Source of the DNA: the human T2T-CHM13v2.0 reference genome, Homo sapiens
DNA: 64,000 bases
Assembly: GCF_009914755.1 (NCBI RefSeq)
Contig: NC_060939.1
Direction: 5' to 3' (one strand)
The notes under the pieces were generated by a model. It made no database searches, was not told the origin of the DNA, and was given only the letters and a program-made list of their open reading frames with translations. Positions 1 to 14,770 of this stretch are shown one piece after another. The position numbers were made by a program, and so were the translations under genes. Numbering within the stretch: position 1 is the stretch's first letter; every line of letters begins with the position of its first letter.

Positions 1-116
1 GAGATGGGGTTTTGCCATGTTGGCTGTGCTGGTCTCAAACTCCTGGCCTCAAGTGATCCACCTGCCTCAGCCTCCCATAGTGCTGGGATTACAGGCGTGA
101 GCCACCGTGCCTGACC
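1..116 (-). mobile_element. Alu left arm (AluJ/S), cut by the window edge
   Basis: Reverse complement of the Alu 5' arm: ...GTGCTGGGATTACAGGCGTGAGCCACCGTGCCTGACC. Confidence 0.95.
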
Positions 117-1379
117 CCCATTGTTTTAATTTGCAAATATCTGATAGTGAGGTTGAGCATCTTTTTATCTGTTAATATTCTTTCATTTTCTCTTTTAATT
201 CTTTAAACTGTGTCTAATCTAAAGCTTATCTCTTATGCTTATTTTAATATTGTTATTTCCAATATTTTTAAAATTTCGGCTTTGTCTTTTTAAAATTTCT
301 GCTTTGGCATTCTAAACATTCTTACTTTAAACTCTTGGAAGATTATAAGATTAATTTCATTCAGAGTGAACTCATATTTTGATGACCGACTATTGATTTT
401 GTAGACTCTTAGATTTTTATTGGTTTTTGAATTTAAGTGTGCAGGCTCAGTTTGAATTTGGGATTTTTGGTTCCTATGTTTGTTTGTTTTTTTTCTTCCT
501 CTTTCTCCCTCTGTCCACATCCCTTTCTATCTAGCATTACCAGTGGCTCCTTCTTGGATTCTTAGATTCTCAGTTTAGACCAGGGTCTTATCATGGTATT
601 TCAGGTCTCCCTTTTTAAGGTGATATTGAGAGCACTGGAGAATCATTCAAGGAGCAAGGGAGGGGCTGGTGTCAGATCCTGTTTGTGAAAAATACCTGTG
701 CCTTACTGCCTTCAGAGTCTTGTAGCTTACTAATGGCAAAAAGCTCCAGGTGGTGGTCAATAGCACTTTTTTTTCAGCTCTTATGCATAGGACACCCCTA
801 CACCAGCCTGGGCTTCAAGAAAGGAGCTTGGCTTTGGTCTCCTTCTTTGCATAGAGCAATTTTAGTCTTACTTACCCCACATACGCATCCCCTGTCTGGC
901 CTGTCTCTGTTTATCACTTTCAATTTCTCATCTGCTTCTATTTTACAGAAATGGGTAACCAAATTTTCTAATCCAGCTCTGAATTTTTTTCAATTGTATT
1001 TGTAATGGATAGGCACCTACACAGAAAGGGTGCGTTGGGTGAGATTTCCGATAGTCATTGTGATTAGAGATACAGGCTACTTTGCTCTGGGAGTTAGCTT
1101 TTTATATCCTGGGCAATTTCTCATAGGGTTGTTATGTGGGGTTGTTGAGACAAGATACGAAAAATATTGAAGTCACAATTTTGAAGACACCATTCTGTTG
1201 TGCTCAGGACTGAATGTTGCTGCGAAGTATGTTGTGAATCTGATTCCTGTTTTCTTGTGAGTGCACAAATACACACAAATGTATGCATGCATGCCTTCAT
1301 ATTTCTGTTTGCAAGTATAATATCTATTTGTCTAATTATCTACTTGTGTATATTATGTGTTTATATCTTTATTTGAAAG

Positions 1380-2280
1380 TATTTACCCTTTTCTTAGGAT
1401 TTTTTTTAATGTTCTGAAATTGACAAAAATGAACTGATGTGTGAACCTTTTCCTTCTTTCTTATTGATGCTCAGTGAAGCCTTTCATTCAGAAAACTTGT
1501 ATCTCACTAGTTATGGGAAAGATTTTCTTATTATTTTTATGTTATTCCTCCTCTATTTCTCTGTTCTTTCTTTTGATAGATGTTGCCCTTTCTGGATTGA
1601 CTTTTGTGTCTCATATTTTCCTCCTTATCTTATTCTCATATCTTTTTTGTTGTTCTTGTTCCATGTTTAGAGAAGCTCCTTAATGTTTTTCAGTAGTTCT
1701 TTAATAAACAAATTTGTTGGCAAGCATACATTTTTTTTTCTTTCCATGAATTCTTTCTTGTCCTTTAGCTGATTCTTTTTCATGGTGGCCTGTTCTTGCT
1801 TTATAGGTGAAATATATTCTCTCTTTCTAAGGATACTCATAAGAAGTTTTAACAGTTATCTTCTCTTCCGCAGATTCATTCTTGCCTCTTAGGTAATTTG
1901 TTGTGAATGGTCACCTTCCTGCAGTTGGGTTAGCTCAGCTGTCCGGTGGTCCTTGGTCATCTTCCATGTTTATAAATGAAGGACTGTGCTGAGCATCTGA
2001 CCCCAGAGAGCACTGTATGCAGACTGGTTAGCACCAGCTTCTCCCTGGATTCTGTCCTTGACAGGATGACTGACCAGGCACTTTCTGTCCCAGATGCACT
2101 CAGGGGCTGCATGCAAAGAAGAGACTCTGCTTTCCTTGCAACCTTTCCGCCTTGGGTCTCCCTTTTCCCTGGTTTATCAGTTAACATGACTCCAACTCCT
2201 TTATACTCCTCCAGAAAGTTATCGAAGTCTCTACCATAGATACACCTCCCCATTCCTATTCTCAACATTTGAAAAAATGT
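1380..2280 (-). mobile_element. Ancient L1M/HAL1-type remnant
   Basis: T-rich degenerate sequence resembling antisense L1M ORF1/5' region; boundaries approximate. Confidence 0.45.
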
Positions 2281-2404
2281 GTTTCATTCTACATTGTCTA
2301 AGCCTGATGGGACTTAGGAGGCAGAGGATAGCAGGTAGCTTAAGGGGTTCACCATCTTGAAGCAAAACATGAATGGGACGAACTGATAATTTAAAAAAAA
2401 AAAC

Positions 2405-2680
2405 ATCGCTCTTGCTGCTCTATGGAAAGGAGGTTGGATAGGGCCATAAGTTAGAGCTCAGAGGCCAGTAAGTTTCATCAATTTCTAGCACAAGGTGATG
2501 GGGCCATGTCTGAACTGAGGGAGTCAGAAAAAAAAAAAAAAAGAAGTAGGAGGATGAGGGAATGTATTTTGAAGGTAGGGCTGACAGAGGTCTCTTTTCA
2601 CTTCTTCTGAACATGTCCATACTTGTGTGAGATCCTGGGATTGAGATAAGAGGGTCTGGGCCTCAGATGACTAATCTAAG
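2405..2680 (-). mobile_element. L2 fragment
   Basis: ATCGCTCTTGCTGCTCTATGGA...GGTGATGGG...GAAGGTAG, typical of antisense L2. Confidence 0.5.
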
Positions 2681-2682
2681 AG

Positions 2683-3320
2683 TAGCATGGAATAGTGGAT
2701 AGAATACAAGGTTGGGACAAAGGCAGGTCTAAATTTGAATTATACAAGTGATATTTATAGACTACCTCATAGCCTCAGCATCCACATTTATAAAATGGGT
2801 ACACTAATACCTACTGTTTTCAGTCAGGCAACAGAATTCCCTTAGACAACTCTACAGAGGAGAATTACTGCAAGGATACAGGCAGCTTAGCCTGGAAGTG
2901 GGAGGCTGTTCAGAATCAAGGCACCGATCTCTCCACAACTCTCTATAACCCAAAAGATTTCTCTCTCACAGCATTTCCATTTCTGTGTGTCTAGTGAAGC
3001 TCTGTTTTCTGAATGTCAGTTTGCAGAAGAAGATAGTCTGATTTCATTAGGTCATTATTATCAACCCAGTTGGAAAAGCCGTTTCTAGCAGGTTGCTGAC
3101 CATTGACTGAGAAGGCTTTCTTAGGTTAAGTCAGGGGGCACTTCTGTGCAAAGAGCGGAATAGCCTTGCTTTTCTGGCCAGAGTGAACTCCATGTGTTCA
3201 GATAAAAGGAGACCCAGGAGGCATAAGTACCTTGACTAACATATTCAGTACCTTATCTCTTAGGGTTGATGTGAATAGCAAATAAAACAAGACATGTAAA
3301 ATACATAGTAGGTAGTAGAT
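2683..3320 (+). mobile_element. MIR split by an old MLT1-type LTR (~2815-3250)
   Basis: MIR core GCCTCAG..CACATTTATAAAATGGG ends ~2814 and resumes at ~3251 (TAGGGTTGATGTGAATAGCAAATAAAAC); the insert starts TGTTTTCAGTCAGGCAACAGAA, like MLT1. Confidence 0.55.
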
Positions 3321-4429
3321 TTAGATGAATCCCACTTCATTAAAAAACAAACAAAGAAGAAAACCCACTTGCATTCCTTAAAAAAGTGGATTTAATAATT
3401 GTTAGGCTACCCAGCTTTCCGTATTATGGGACATCCTAATTAGCAAAAATTAGTTTAGTCGTGGAAATGTAAGCAGGCTTTGAAATGCATCCAAAAATAA
3501 ATACTGGAGAAATAAAAGATCCCAGGAATTTGGGGGAATTACTTTGTTTCCTTGGTTTTGTTTCTTTGTGAAAATCTCTATTGTAAATTCAGTGAGTTGA
3601 ATTAATTATGCCTGATACATGCCTTCCCCTCTTTATTTTTCTTGAAACTCCAAGTCAAAATATGATTTATATGTTCAGCACCACGACTGTTCAATATCTA
3701 TTTCTAAATCTGTATCGTTAAAAATATATATGAAAACAGAACCTGTTATACTGTCATTTAATTAATAAAGGCAGAATTCTCAGTTTTCCCGCCATATGCA
3801 TTCTTTTGTTCAGTTGCAATGTAGGTGCTATTTTCTGTGTTCCTTTTTAACTTTTAATAAGCTTCCTTTCTGTAAAGTGTGGATAGTGTTGTAAAAGAGT
3901 AGCTAAAACATATTTTCAAAAGAAAAACAATCCTTAACTGAAAATTGATCCAAAGGAAGGGGGAAAAAAGAAAACTACCCTGACACATTGACGTAAATTT
4001 AACATTCCTTATGTGTTACTGCTTATTAGATCGAAAGAGAGGAAAGAGAACAGCCTCACTTTTTCTGATTTTGTATTTTGTCACTCAGTTCTTTCAGTTT
4101 TGTCTCATTAACATTTCTGCTTCTGTAGGAAATTGGAGGCGTGTGGAGAGAAAACAGACTGTGGGGTCTGAAGACCTGGAACTGTGTACCAGTCCTATAG
4201 TTAACAAGCTCAACCTATCAGCTGAGGAATAAGTAGGTTTGGACTAGGCCTGGGCTTCCCAAAGAAACAGCCTGACACTGCTGATCTGGGATTTGTGAAC
4301 ATTCCATAATATTGACTCACGTAATGACATGTTAATCCTTTTCTTCAATTTATGTTCAGTACTTTTCTTGCATTATATCATGGAGAAAGCTTCAATTTTA
4401 TGCTGGTATGTCCTTAACACCTTTCTATC

Positions 4430-4460
4430 CTTGATCTTAGCCAAAAGGTTGAGAAGCAGT
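4430..4460 (-). pseudogene. U2 snRNA 5'-end fragment (nt 1-31), tailless retro-copy
   Basis: CTTGATCTTAGCCAAAAGGTTGAGAAGCAGT matches the reverse complement of U2 nt 1-31 at 27/31; direct repeat AACACCTTTCTA at 4416-4427 and 4465-4476. Confidence 0.85.
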
Positions 4461-4708
4461 CTTCAACACCTTTCTAATCCCTCACTGATTTTCCTTTTTT
4501 AACAGAGCAAACCTCAGGCTCAGACCCTTTGGCAGGCAGCAGTATCTAGCTGGAATTTAAAAATCACTCCCCTCACCTCCCGCGGCATTTGATGTTAAGG
4601 TCACTACTAATTATGGCAAGTGATCCTGCTATTCCATTTACAAAAATAATACAATGTTTTCTTTTAAAATAAATGAAATCTAAGTTTTAAAAGTATGTCT
4701 AATGAATA

Positions 4709-5100
4709 CAGTCACATGTCACTTAACAATGGATACATTCTGAGAACTGCATTGTTAGGTGATTTTGTTGTTGTGTGAACATCATAGACTGTATTTACAT
4801 AAACTTAGAAGGAATAGCCTACTACACACCTAGGCTATATGGAATGGCCTATTGCTCCTGGGCTACAAACTTGCACAGCATGTTACTGTACTGAATACTG
4901 TAGGCAATTGTAACAAAATAGTAAGTATTAGTGTATTTAAACATATCTGAAGATAGAAAAGGTAATGCATTGCACTAAACATTAGAATGGCTATGATGTC
5001 ATGAGGCAATAGACATTTTCAGCTCCATTATAATCTTATGGAACCACCATCATATATGTGCCTGTCGTTGACCAAAACATCATTATGCAATGCATGACTC
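4709..5100 (-). mobile_element. Tigger3 (MER7-type) non-autonomous DNA transposon
   Basis: TA-flanked with CAGTCA...TGACTC terminal inverted repeats; internal GCCTACTACACACCTAGGCTATATGG and CAGCTCCATTATAATCTTATGG. Confidence 0.85.
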
Positions 5101-5782
5101 TACTATTATTTGTACAAGAGGCAAATAGTTATGGCTAGGATGGTAAGTGATATGATTGAAGGAGAAAACACTGGTCTAGATGATCTCTAAGAGCCCTTGC
5201 AGCTCTTGAGGCTAAGCATTCCCACTTTCTGTGCCCATCAATTGCTATTTCTGTTAGTAATGCAAACATAGTTTCAGAGGATCAAACACACCTACTCCAT
5301 CTCCCTTATATGACAATTCACTGGGTCCTGTGCCCCTCAGAGTATTTATATAACAAACACAGGAAGAACCTGTAGTTCATGACACTGGGTTGTAAAAGGA
5401 AAGTGAGAAAGCAGTACTTGAGGAGTTTTAGGAAGGCTGTAGACTTCTGGTTAAACGTGACAGATTGAACACATGTTTACTTTGGCTCTCTCTCAAAACC
5501 CAACTAAAAAGACAGTAAAGGAATAAAACAAGTTTAATCTTATAAAAACAAGGAGAATGGAGAAACAGCGGACCAGAGATCCTAAAAAAGTACTTTGGAA
5601 GGTGGAAAACTGATGGATGAAGGATAATTGGAACATAAGTGCCTGAACAGAGAGATACCAGGGAAAGCCAGATGATTCATGCTTTAGCACTTTGGAAAAG
5701 CTCAGGTATTAGAGATGCCAGATTCCTCTAAAGGCAGCAGAAGGGCTGCCATCAGAATGACTGCTGGAAATTCTGTCTAAAG

Positions 5783-5996
5783 CAGAGTTTCTCAGCCTTA
5801 GCACTATTGACATTTGGGGCTGGATAACTGTTTGATTTAGTGGTGATCCCGCATCACAGGAGGTAGAGCAGCATCCCTGGCTTCTACCCACTAGATGCCA
5901 GTAGCACCACCTCCCCACTGTGACAACCATGAAAGTCTCCAGACATTGCCAAACATCCTTTCGGGGGGCAAAATTTCCTCCATTTGAGAACCGCTC
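5783..5996 (+). mobile_element. MER20 (hAT-Charlie MITE)
   Basis: CAGAGTTTCTCAGCCTTAGCACTATTGACATTTGGGGCTGGATAA...CCAGACATTGCCAAAC...TTGAGAACCGCT. Confidence 0.9.
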
Positions 5997-6387
5997 ACCT
6001 TAATATCACTAAACCCTCCCTGAGCGGATGCAGCCAAGTCTCTATTGCTTATCTACCTTGACAAGGAACCAGAGGTTTATTCTGTGGATACACTGCACCA
6101 GAGAAGCTCCAGACCTGGGAACAGGAGGCACAGAGAAGGCAGGGGTCAGGCACTGTCCTGAAAGCCAGGCATTAGGTAAAGTCTACATACAGAACCCAAG
6201 CCTCTTCCCCTACTCAGCTGCTGGAACATGGCCAACCAGTGAACTACCTTCCAGGAATGGAGATGGAGAGGCTTCTCTGAAGAAAGTGGCCCTAGAGAAG
6301 ACTTAATATTTGAGGGCTCCCCTGAGATACAGCCAGATCCTGCCCAGTCTTCCTGTAGGGGGCCACAGTCAGCAAGTACCCCCTCCA

Positions 6388-6548
6388 CAGATACACATAC
6401 ACATACATACACATGGAGATACACACACACACACACAGATACACATATACATACATAGACACACATACACATGTGGAGGCACACAAAGACACACATGCAT
6501 ATACAGACACACAGACCTACACAACACACACATGTGCACACACACATG
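6388..6548. repeat. Degenerate (CA)n/(TACA)n simple repeat
   Basis: Direct inspection. Confidence 0.9.
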
Positions 6549-6602
6549 CAGAGCTTCTAACGAGTATTTTTGTGCATCATTCGCAAACTGACAGCCAAGG
6601 GG

Positions 6603-6770
6603 TATTTGTCAGATTGTGTGGTGACAATAAACAAACCCCGAATCTTAGTGGCATATGCTAACAGTTGTTTTTTGCTCACTGGTCTGCAAGTTGGCTGTGT
6701 CTTGGCTTTGGCCGGGCTATGGTTCAGTTGTGCTCAGCTCCAAGCTGGAGGGCCTCAACTTCCATATTGA
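6603..6770. mobile_element. MLT1-type LTR fragment
   Basis: TAAACAAACCCCGAATCTTAGTGGC...TTGCTCAC..GTCTGCAAGTTGGCTG motif. Confidence 0.55.
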
Positions 6771-6782
6771 AAGAGCTGACTA

Positions 6783-7169
<387 letters not shown>

Positions 7170-7448
7170 TCAACTAGATTTTTCAAAGTGCTATAATGAA
7201 GAAAAGAGCCCAGAAGGATTGAGGATGAAGGTTATGTACAAATAAGAGCTATTAAAATGGCACATGACTGCTCACCAGCAGTGTTGGATGGTGGAATCTA
7301 AGGGGGCAGTGCTTTCAAAATTCTGAAGGAAAAGGTTCGCTAATCTAGAAATTTTGTCCACCAAATTATCGATCTAAGCATAGACTAACTATTTTCAGGC
7401 ATGGAAAGTCTCAGAACTTTCCCTTACATGGGCTTTATTAGAAAATTA

Positions 7449-7706
<258 letters not shown>

Positions 7707-8044
7707 GAAAATTACCTGTAGATGAGTCCACCAAAATAAGGGAGTAAAGTAAGAAATCGGAAGATGTAGAATCCAGGAGAGACAAGAAAGGGACTCACGG
7801 TGCCTGAAAGCTGTACCCAACTGGCAGCTGATATGTACAGGGAAGCCAATTCAAGTTGGAATGGAAGGGTGAGGGCTCTGGAGAGGATGTATACTGTACT
7901 GAGAAAAAATAAAGACAACTTGAGCAGGCCAGCTTTATTTGTGCACAGAGGCAATTTGCCTGAGGCCCTGGGCAGATGAGCCCCTGCCCTGGGTCCTCCT
8001 CCTACCTGCCCCTCTGATTGGATGAAGCACCTTCAGAACTAAGG

Positions 8045-8423
8045 TGTATTAAGCCATTCTTGCATAGCTATAAAGAAATACCTGAGACTGGGTCATTTAT
8101 AAAGAAAACAGGTTTAATTGGCTCACGGTTCTGCAGGCTGTACAAGCATGGCACTGGCCTCTACTGGGCTTCCGGTGAGGCCTTGGGGAGTTTTTGCTCA
8201 TGGCAAAAGGTGAAGTGGGAGCAAGAGAAAGAGAGAGAGGTGCCACACACTTTTAAACAACAAGATCTCTTGTGAACTCACTCATTGCTTAAGGAGCGGT
8301 GCTAAGCCATTTATGGAGGATATATTCCCATGATCCAAACACCTCCCACCTGGCCACAGCTCCAACACTGTGGATTACATTTCAAGATGAGATTTGGTGG
8401 GGGCGCAGACCCAGACCACATTA
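8045..8423 (-). mobile_element. MST (MSTA/B) MaLR LTR
   Basis: TGTATTAAGCCATTCTTGCATAGCTATAAAGAAATACCTGAGACTGGG...GAGATTTGGTGGGGGCGCAGA. Confidence 0.92.
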
Positions 8424-10167
<1,744 letters not shown>

Positions 10168-10824
10168 ATTCATATATTTAACTTAGTGTTTATAATATAT
10201 ATAACATACATATATAGAGATTGAAAATTACTCTTTTAAATATTGAGATGTAAATAAAATGCAAAGATGTTTGAGACAGTTGTGTGTGTCAGCTGGTGGG
10301 CAGTAGTGGGTGGTTGTCAAATCCTTATCTTCCATGGTAATATGTCAATAGAAAGGTTCTTTTTAATAACATTGAAAAATCAAGATATGGACCATGTATA
10401 TACTACATAAAAATATAAAAGTGAGTTCTAGAGAAAAAATTAACTGTTTAAACTGGCTGTCTCTGGAGAGTAGAACTTGAATGTGGGGCAGAGTGCATAG
10501 TGATATTTTTCAGGATAAACCTTTCAGTACCATTTGCCTTTCTGAACCACGTATGTGTTTTACACTGATATAAATAATTTTTTTGTTAAATAAAGGCTTG
10601 GAATGTCAGTTAGGAGTCTTAATATATAGAATATAGAGGAGAGAATATAGAATAGTGAGTATACAAGAATATGGATAAAAGCAATAGCATGACACATTTT
10701 TGATATCAATAGGGAATAAGAAGAAGATAGAACACAGTGGAGAAAAGGGAGCCCATGTTAACACAGTGAAGACACGTGGAAAAGTCAAAGACTTTAAAAA
10801 AATAAAGGAGAGAGACAGAGTAGA

Positions 10825-11450
10825 CATTTGTTTACAGTCTACTAAGTGGCTGGCAGAGTGCTAGGAATTTTACATATATCTTATTGAATTCTCATGACAA
10901 TTCCATGTAGTGCATATCGTTAGTCTCATTTTACAGGTGAGAAAACATAAAAGTATAACTAGGAACAGGAAGGTACCATGGTGCGTAGGTCTGGAGCAAG
11001 ATGCTCAGGTTTAAATCAGGCTACCGGCATTCATAAGCTACAGTCACCTTAGGCACTAGCTTTTTCTTCCTGTGCTTCTGTGTTCTTCTATGTAAAATGG
11101 GGATGAAGATGAGAATGAGGATTATTATTATATTATCCCATCTCATACTCATATAGCCCATCTCATAGGAATATTGTGAAGAATTTATGAGCACATGTAT
11201 GTAAGGCATTTATAAAAGTGCCTAATACACCATAAGTGTTATTATTGTAAAAGGCATGCAACCAATCAAGATGGAATGAAAACAATTGGTAGATATTTTC
11301 TGAAACTCAGTATCCTCCTATTATTTGATCTCTCTGGGCATTTGGAATCACAGACCACTTGCCCAAGATCACGTAACTATTCGTTACTGAAGGTAGACTT
11401 CAACTTAAGTCCTTCCTCAGAGCTCAGGCTCTTTTCTCTATAATCTGTTG
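10825..11450. mobile_element. MIR cluster: minus MIR (10825-10950, resuming ~11357-11450) with a plus MIR (~10968-11247) between
   Basis: Cores CTCATTTTACAGGTGAGAAAAC (-) and CTTCTATGTAAAATGGGGATG (+). Confidence 0.7.
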
Positions 11451-12194
11451 CCATTCATTAGCTAATGGGAAAAGTGACCGAGGGGCCAGATACAAAAGCA
11501 GAAAACATTGACACTAGAAAACAAGAAGAGGAGAAGGAGAGAGGTGGCCAGTGAAGGAGTTAAACAAGATGATGTTGCGTCAGATAGAGGGGGAAGTGTG
11601 ATCCATTAGGATAAAAATAAGATGGCAGCACGGGTAGGAGAGCGTAGAAGATTGTGTTGCTGAGACAGAGATAATATCAAAGCAAGCACGAGTAAGTAGG
11701 ACACTATGACTGGCAGAAATGAATTTAAGTAGGGATGGTCTCGGGAGAAACACTTTAGTGAGCCTTTAACTTCACTTACTTTAACTCCTGCAACGCCGAT
11801 AGAAAGGTCCCAGCTGGACTTTCAGAGCTTCCATGTAAGGAGCACTCATTTCCCCTCTGCTTCATGCACTCTGCTTTCCAACCGACTGCATTGTGATCAA
11901 TTTTTTTATTTTGTGATGATTTGTTTAATACCTTTCTCCTTAACCCAACAGTGAGGTCTGTGAAGGCTGTCTGCTCCATCATGTTTAACCCAGAGTTGGC
12001 AGCACGTTGAAGGAAGAAGTAAAGGGAAGGAAGAAGGGTGTACCTAGATATTTAATAAATTATACTTTAAGGGTGGCCCTGAAGGCCTGTAGACCATGCC
12101 AGAAGTCATGAAAAAAGACTCTTTTATATAAATTAGCCAATATTTTGGTTTGGGAATCAGAATATGCAACCTGGAAGGATGTTAGAGGTTATTC

Positions 12195-12360
12195 ATTTAT
12201 TCCCTCATTTAACTAATGTTGACTAAACGTTTCGAATGTGCTGGGTCAAGTACTAGTTACAAGGGACACAGAAAGGAGTTGGACATAATCCCTGCCCCAG
12301 AGGAACGTGCTTCCAGTCTAAAGGGGAGAAAGAGGAGACAGATCAATATAATAGGAGTTA
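12195..12360 (-). mobile_element. L2 3' fragment
   Basis: ATTCATTTATT...CCTGCCCCAGAGGAAC..CCAGTCTAAAGGGGAGA. Confidence 0.55.
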
Positions 12361-12853
12361 ATGGGGGATTGGAGATAGGAGAAAGGAGGAAAAAAAATGG
12401 AAAGCAATAATCCATTCTTGTGACTGTTTATTAGATATTTTATTTTTGTTAATGTTTCCAAAGCATGCAGGGAAATCTAAACTTGCCTAAAAAAATAGCC
12501 AGGTGGAGCCCCAAAAGTCCTTCCTTCCAGTGGGTTAGGGAAGGGGTCAGGGATCCGGTGATCAGGCAGCTATCACTGAACGACTTGTGCCAGCCCCCAT
12601 CTCTTTTCCAGTGCGGTGGTTTTCAGATTGGGCTTTAAGAAGAGCACGTCTCTGCAGCCATAGAGAATTGCCAGCTTTAGTTCTGCCCTGAAATGGGGAT
12701 AAAAATGAAACAACCCCCAAGCAACCTATCCATTACTCCTACCATCACTGTTGTTAGGTTTTGTTTAAAAAAAATTAACATATTTAACATAAAAAATGTA
12801 GGAAGGAAGTATTTTGGTAATTGGAGCATTTCTTTAAAGTGATTGTCTCCTCT

Positions 12854-13233
<380 letters not shown>

Positions 13234-13639
13234 TCAAGGTCACAGAAAGTTGGTGGCAGAGCTAGGACCAGAACCCAGTGACTCCCAGGCCAGCGTTCCA
13301 CCATATATAACAACAATGTCCAAACAGTGATGAGAAAAATATGAGCAAGTCTTTTTAGTTCAGGCTTCATCCTATGACAGTAGGTTTCCAGGGAAAGCCA
13401 ATCTTGTCTTTGTATATTCCAGCCACTTATGCACAGGCTGAGAGTCGAGGAAAAGCAAATCCTCTCAAATGGAAAACCTGCATAAATAATCCAGCTGATA
13501 GAAGATAGCTTCTGAGATATGAGTGGTTGCCTCTCATTACCAATATTTAAGTGTTTTCTTGGCATCTCTTCATTCTGCACATGCAAGAAGGGTGCCTTTG
13601 AAACACTGGACACACAAAATACATCATAATGAAAAAAAT

Positions 13640-13858
13640 TAACCTTTGCATGTCAATCCTTTCATTTATTATCTTACTCATTTTCTCCTTATAACAACCC
13701 TATGAAGTTGGTGCAGTTGTCATTTTCATTTTAGAAAAAGGAAAACTATGGCTCAGAGAAATTAAATAACTCGCCCCAGTTTACTGAGCTGGTAAGAGTG
13801 GAGCCAGGCAGGATTTGAACTCAGAAGTGTGACTGGAGTTCATGGTCTTTTCCATTAT

Positions 13859-13889
<31 letters not shown>

Positions 13890-13905
13890 CCATTATGTTC
13901 TAACA
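13640..13905 (-). mobile_element. MIR carrying an orphan poly(A) insertion near its end
   Basis: ACAACCCTATGAAG..CATTTTAGAAAAAGGAAAACTATGGCTCAGAGA..GGATTTGAACTC. Confidence 0.8.
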
Positions 13906-14019
13906 CATCACTCTAGAGAGCATTGTCAGACACACATCACCACCCAGGGATATGATTGATTCCTGTCAATCTAGAAAGGAATTCAAAGTCTCTCACCTAA
14001 TGACAGTAACAAAAATTTA

Positions 14020-14770
14020 TCTGAAGCACTGAACAGTTTACAAAGAATTTTCCACATGAGTTCTTTTCTCTAATATTTACTCTAATCTATGAAAGAGATA
14101 GAATTATTCCTGTGAGGAGCTGGAACTCAGAGAAGTCAAATAATGTGCCCAGGTCACCTAGCCACAATACATCCAAGCCAGGATCCAAACCTCATCTGCC
14201 TGCCCTTCCAGTCTGAACTCTTGGCACTGAATTTGCTTTCTAATGCATTTTTACCCCTGTGACTACAGAGGCAAACTCTGGTGGGATATTGTTTAAATGG
14301 CATCATATTTTACTAAAATTTTACAATGAAAGTATACAACATACTAAACTACACAGTAAGCACTGATTTATCTAGAAAACCTCAGATAAGTCAGAGTTTT
14401 TCTTCCAATAATGCCTGATAATCATAATAATCTGTCTAGAAGAATGGCCCTGATTAAGTTTAAAATCTCAAAATGTCAACCAAGAATGATTCTGTTATAT
14501 TCAGGATTATTTAAGATTCTCATTGAAATTAATAATACCTTGCTCAAATTTACACAGTCTTTGCAGTTTATAGAAGATCTTCATGTTCGTTATCTTATCT
14601 GACTTCACAAGATGATGGGCGTATTCAATTATTATTATCCCCATTTAATAGAAAAGGATTTTGAAATTTGGTGAAGTTACAGCTTACTTACAGTGGCTTG
14701 CAAGAGATAGCGCTGGAGCTTAATCCAAATCACCTGACTCTAGTTTAAAGCTCTTTCTACAACCCCACCT
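14020..14770 (-). mobile_element. Two MIR copies (~14020-14235 and ~14540-14765)
   Basis: MIR core-like segments GAACTCAGAGAAGTCAAATAATGTGCCCAGGTCAC and ATTATTATCCCCATTT. Confidence 0.6.

Larger units (their letters stand above)
4249..5173. mobile_element. Ancient hAT/Charlie-type DNA transposon inserted in a MIR3-like 3' end
   Basis: Ends in ...AAAACACTG; flanked by GACTAG/GTCTAG; removing it restores the MIR3-like tail GGACTAG|ATGATCTCTAAG..CCCTTGCAGCTCT. Confidence 0.45.

Noticed and set aside
6146-6661. Overlapping 72-133 aa ORFs rich in C/V or H/T
   Set aside because: Translations of the (CA)n simple repeat
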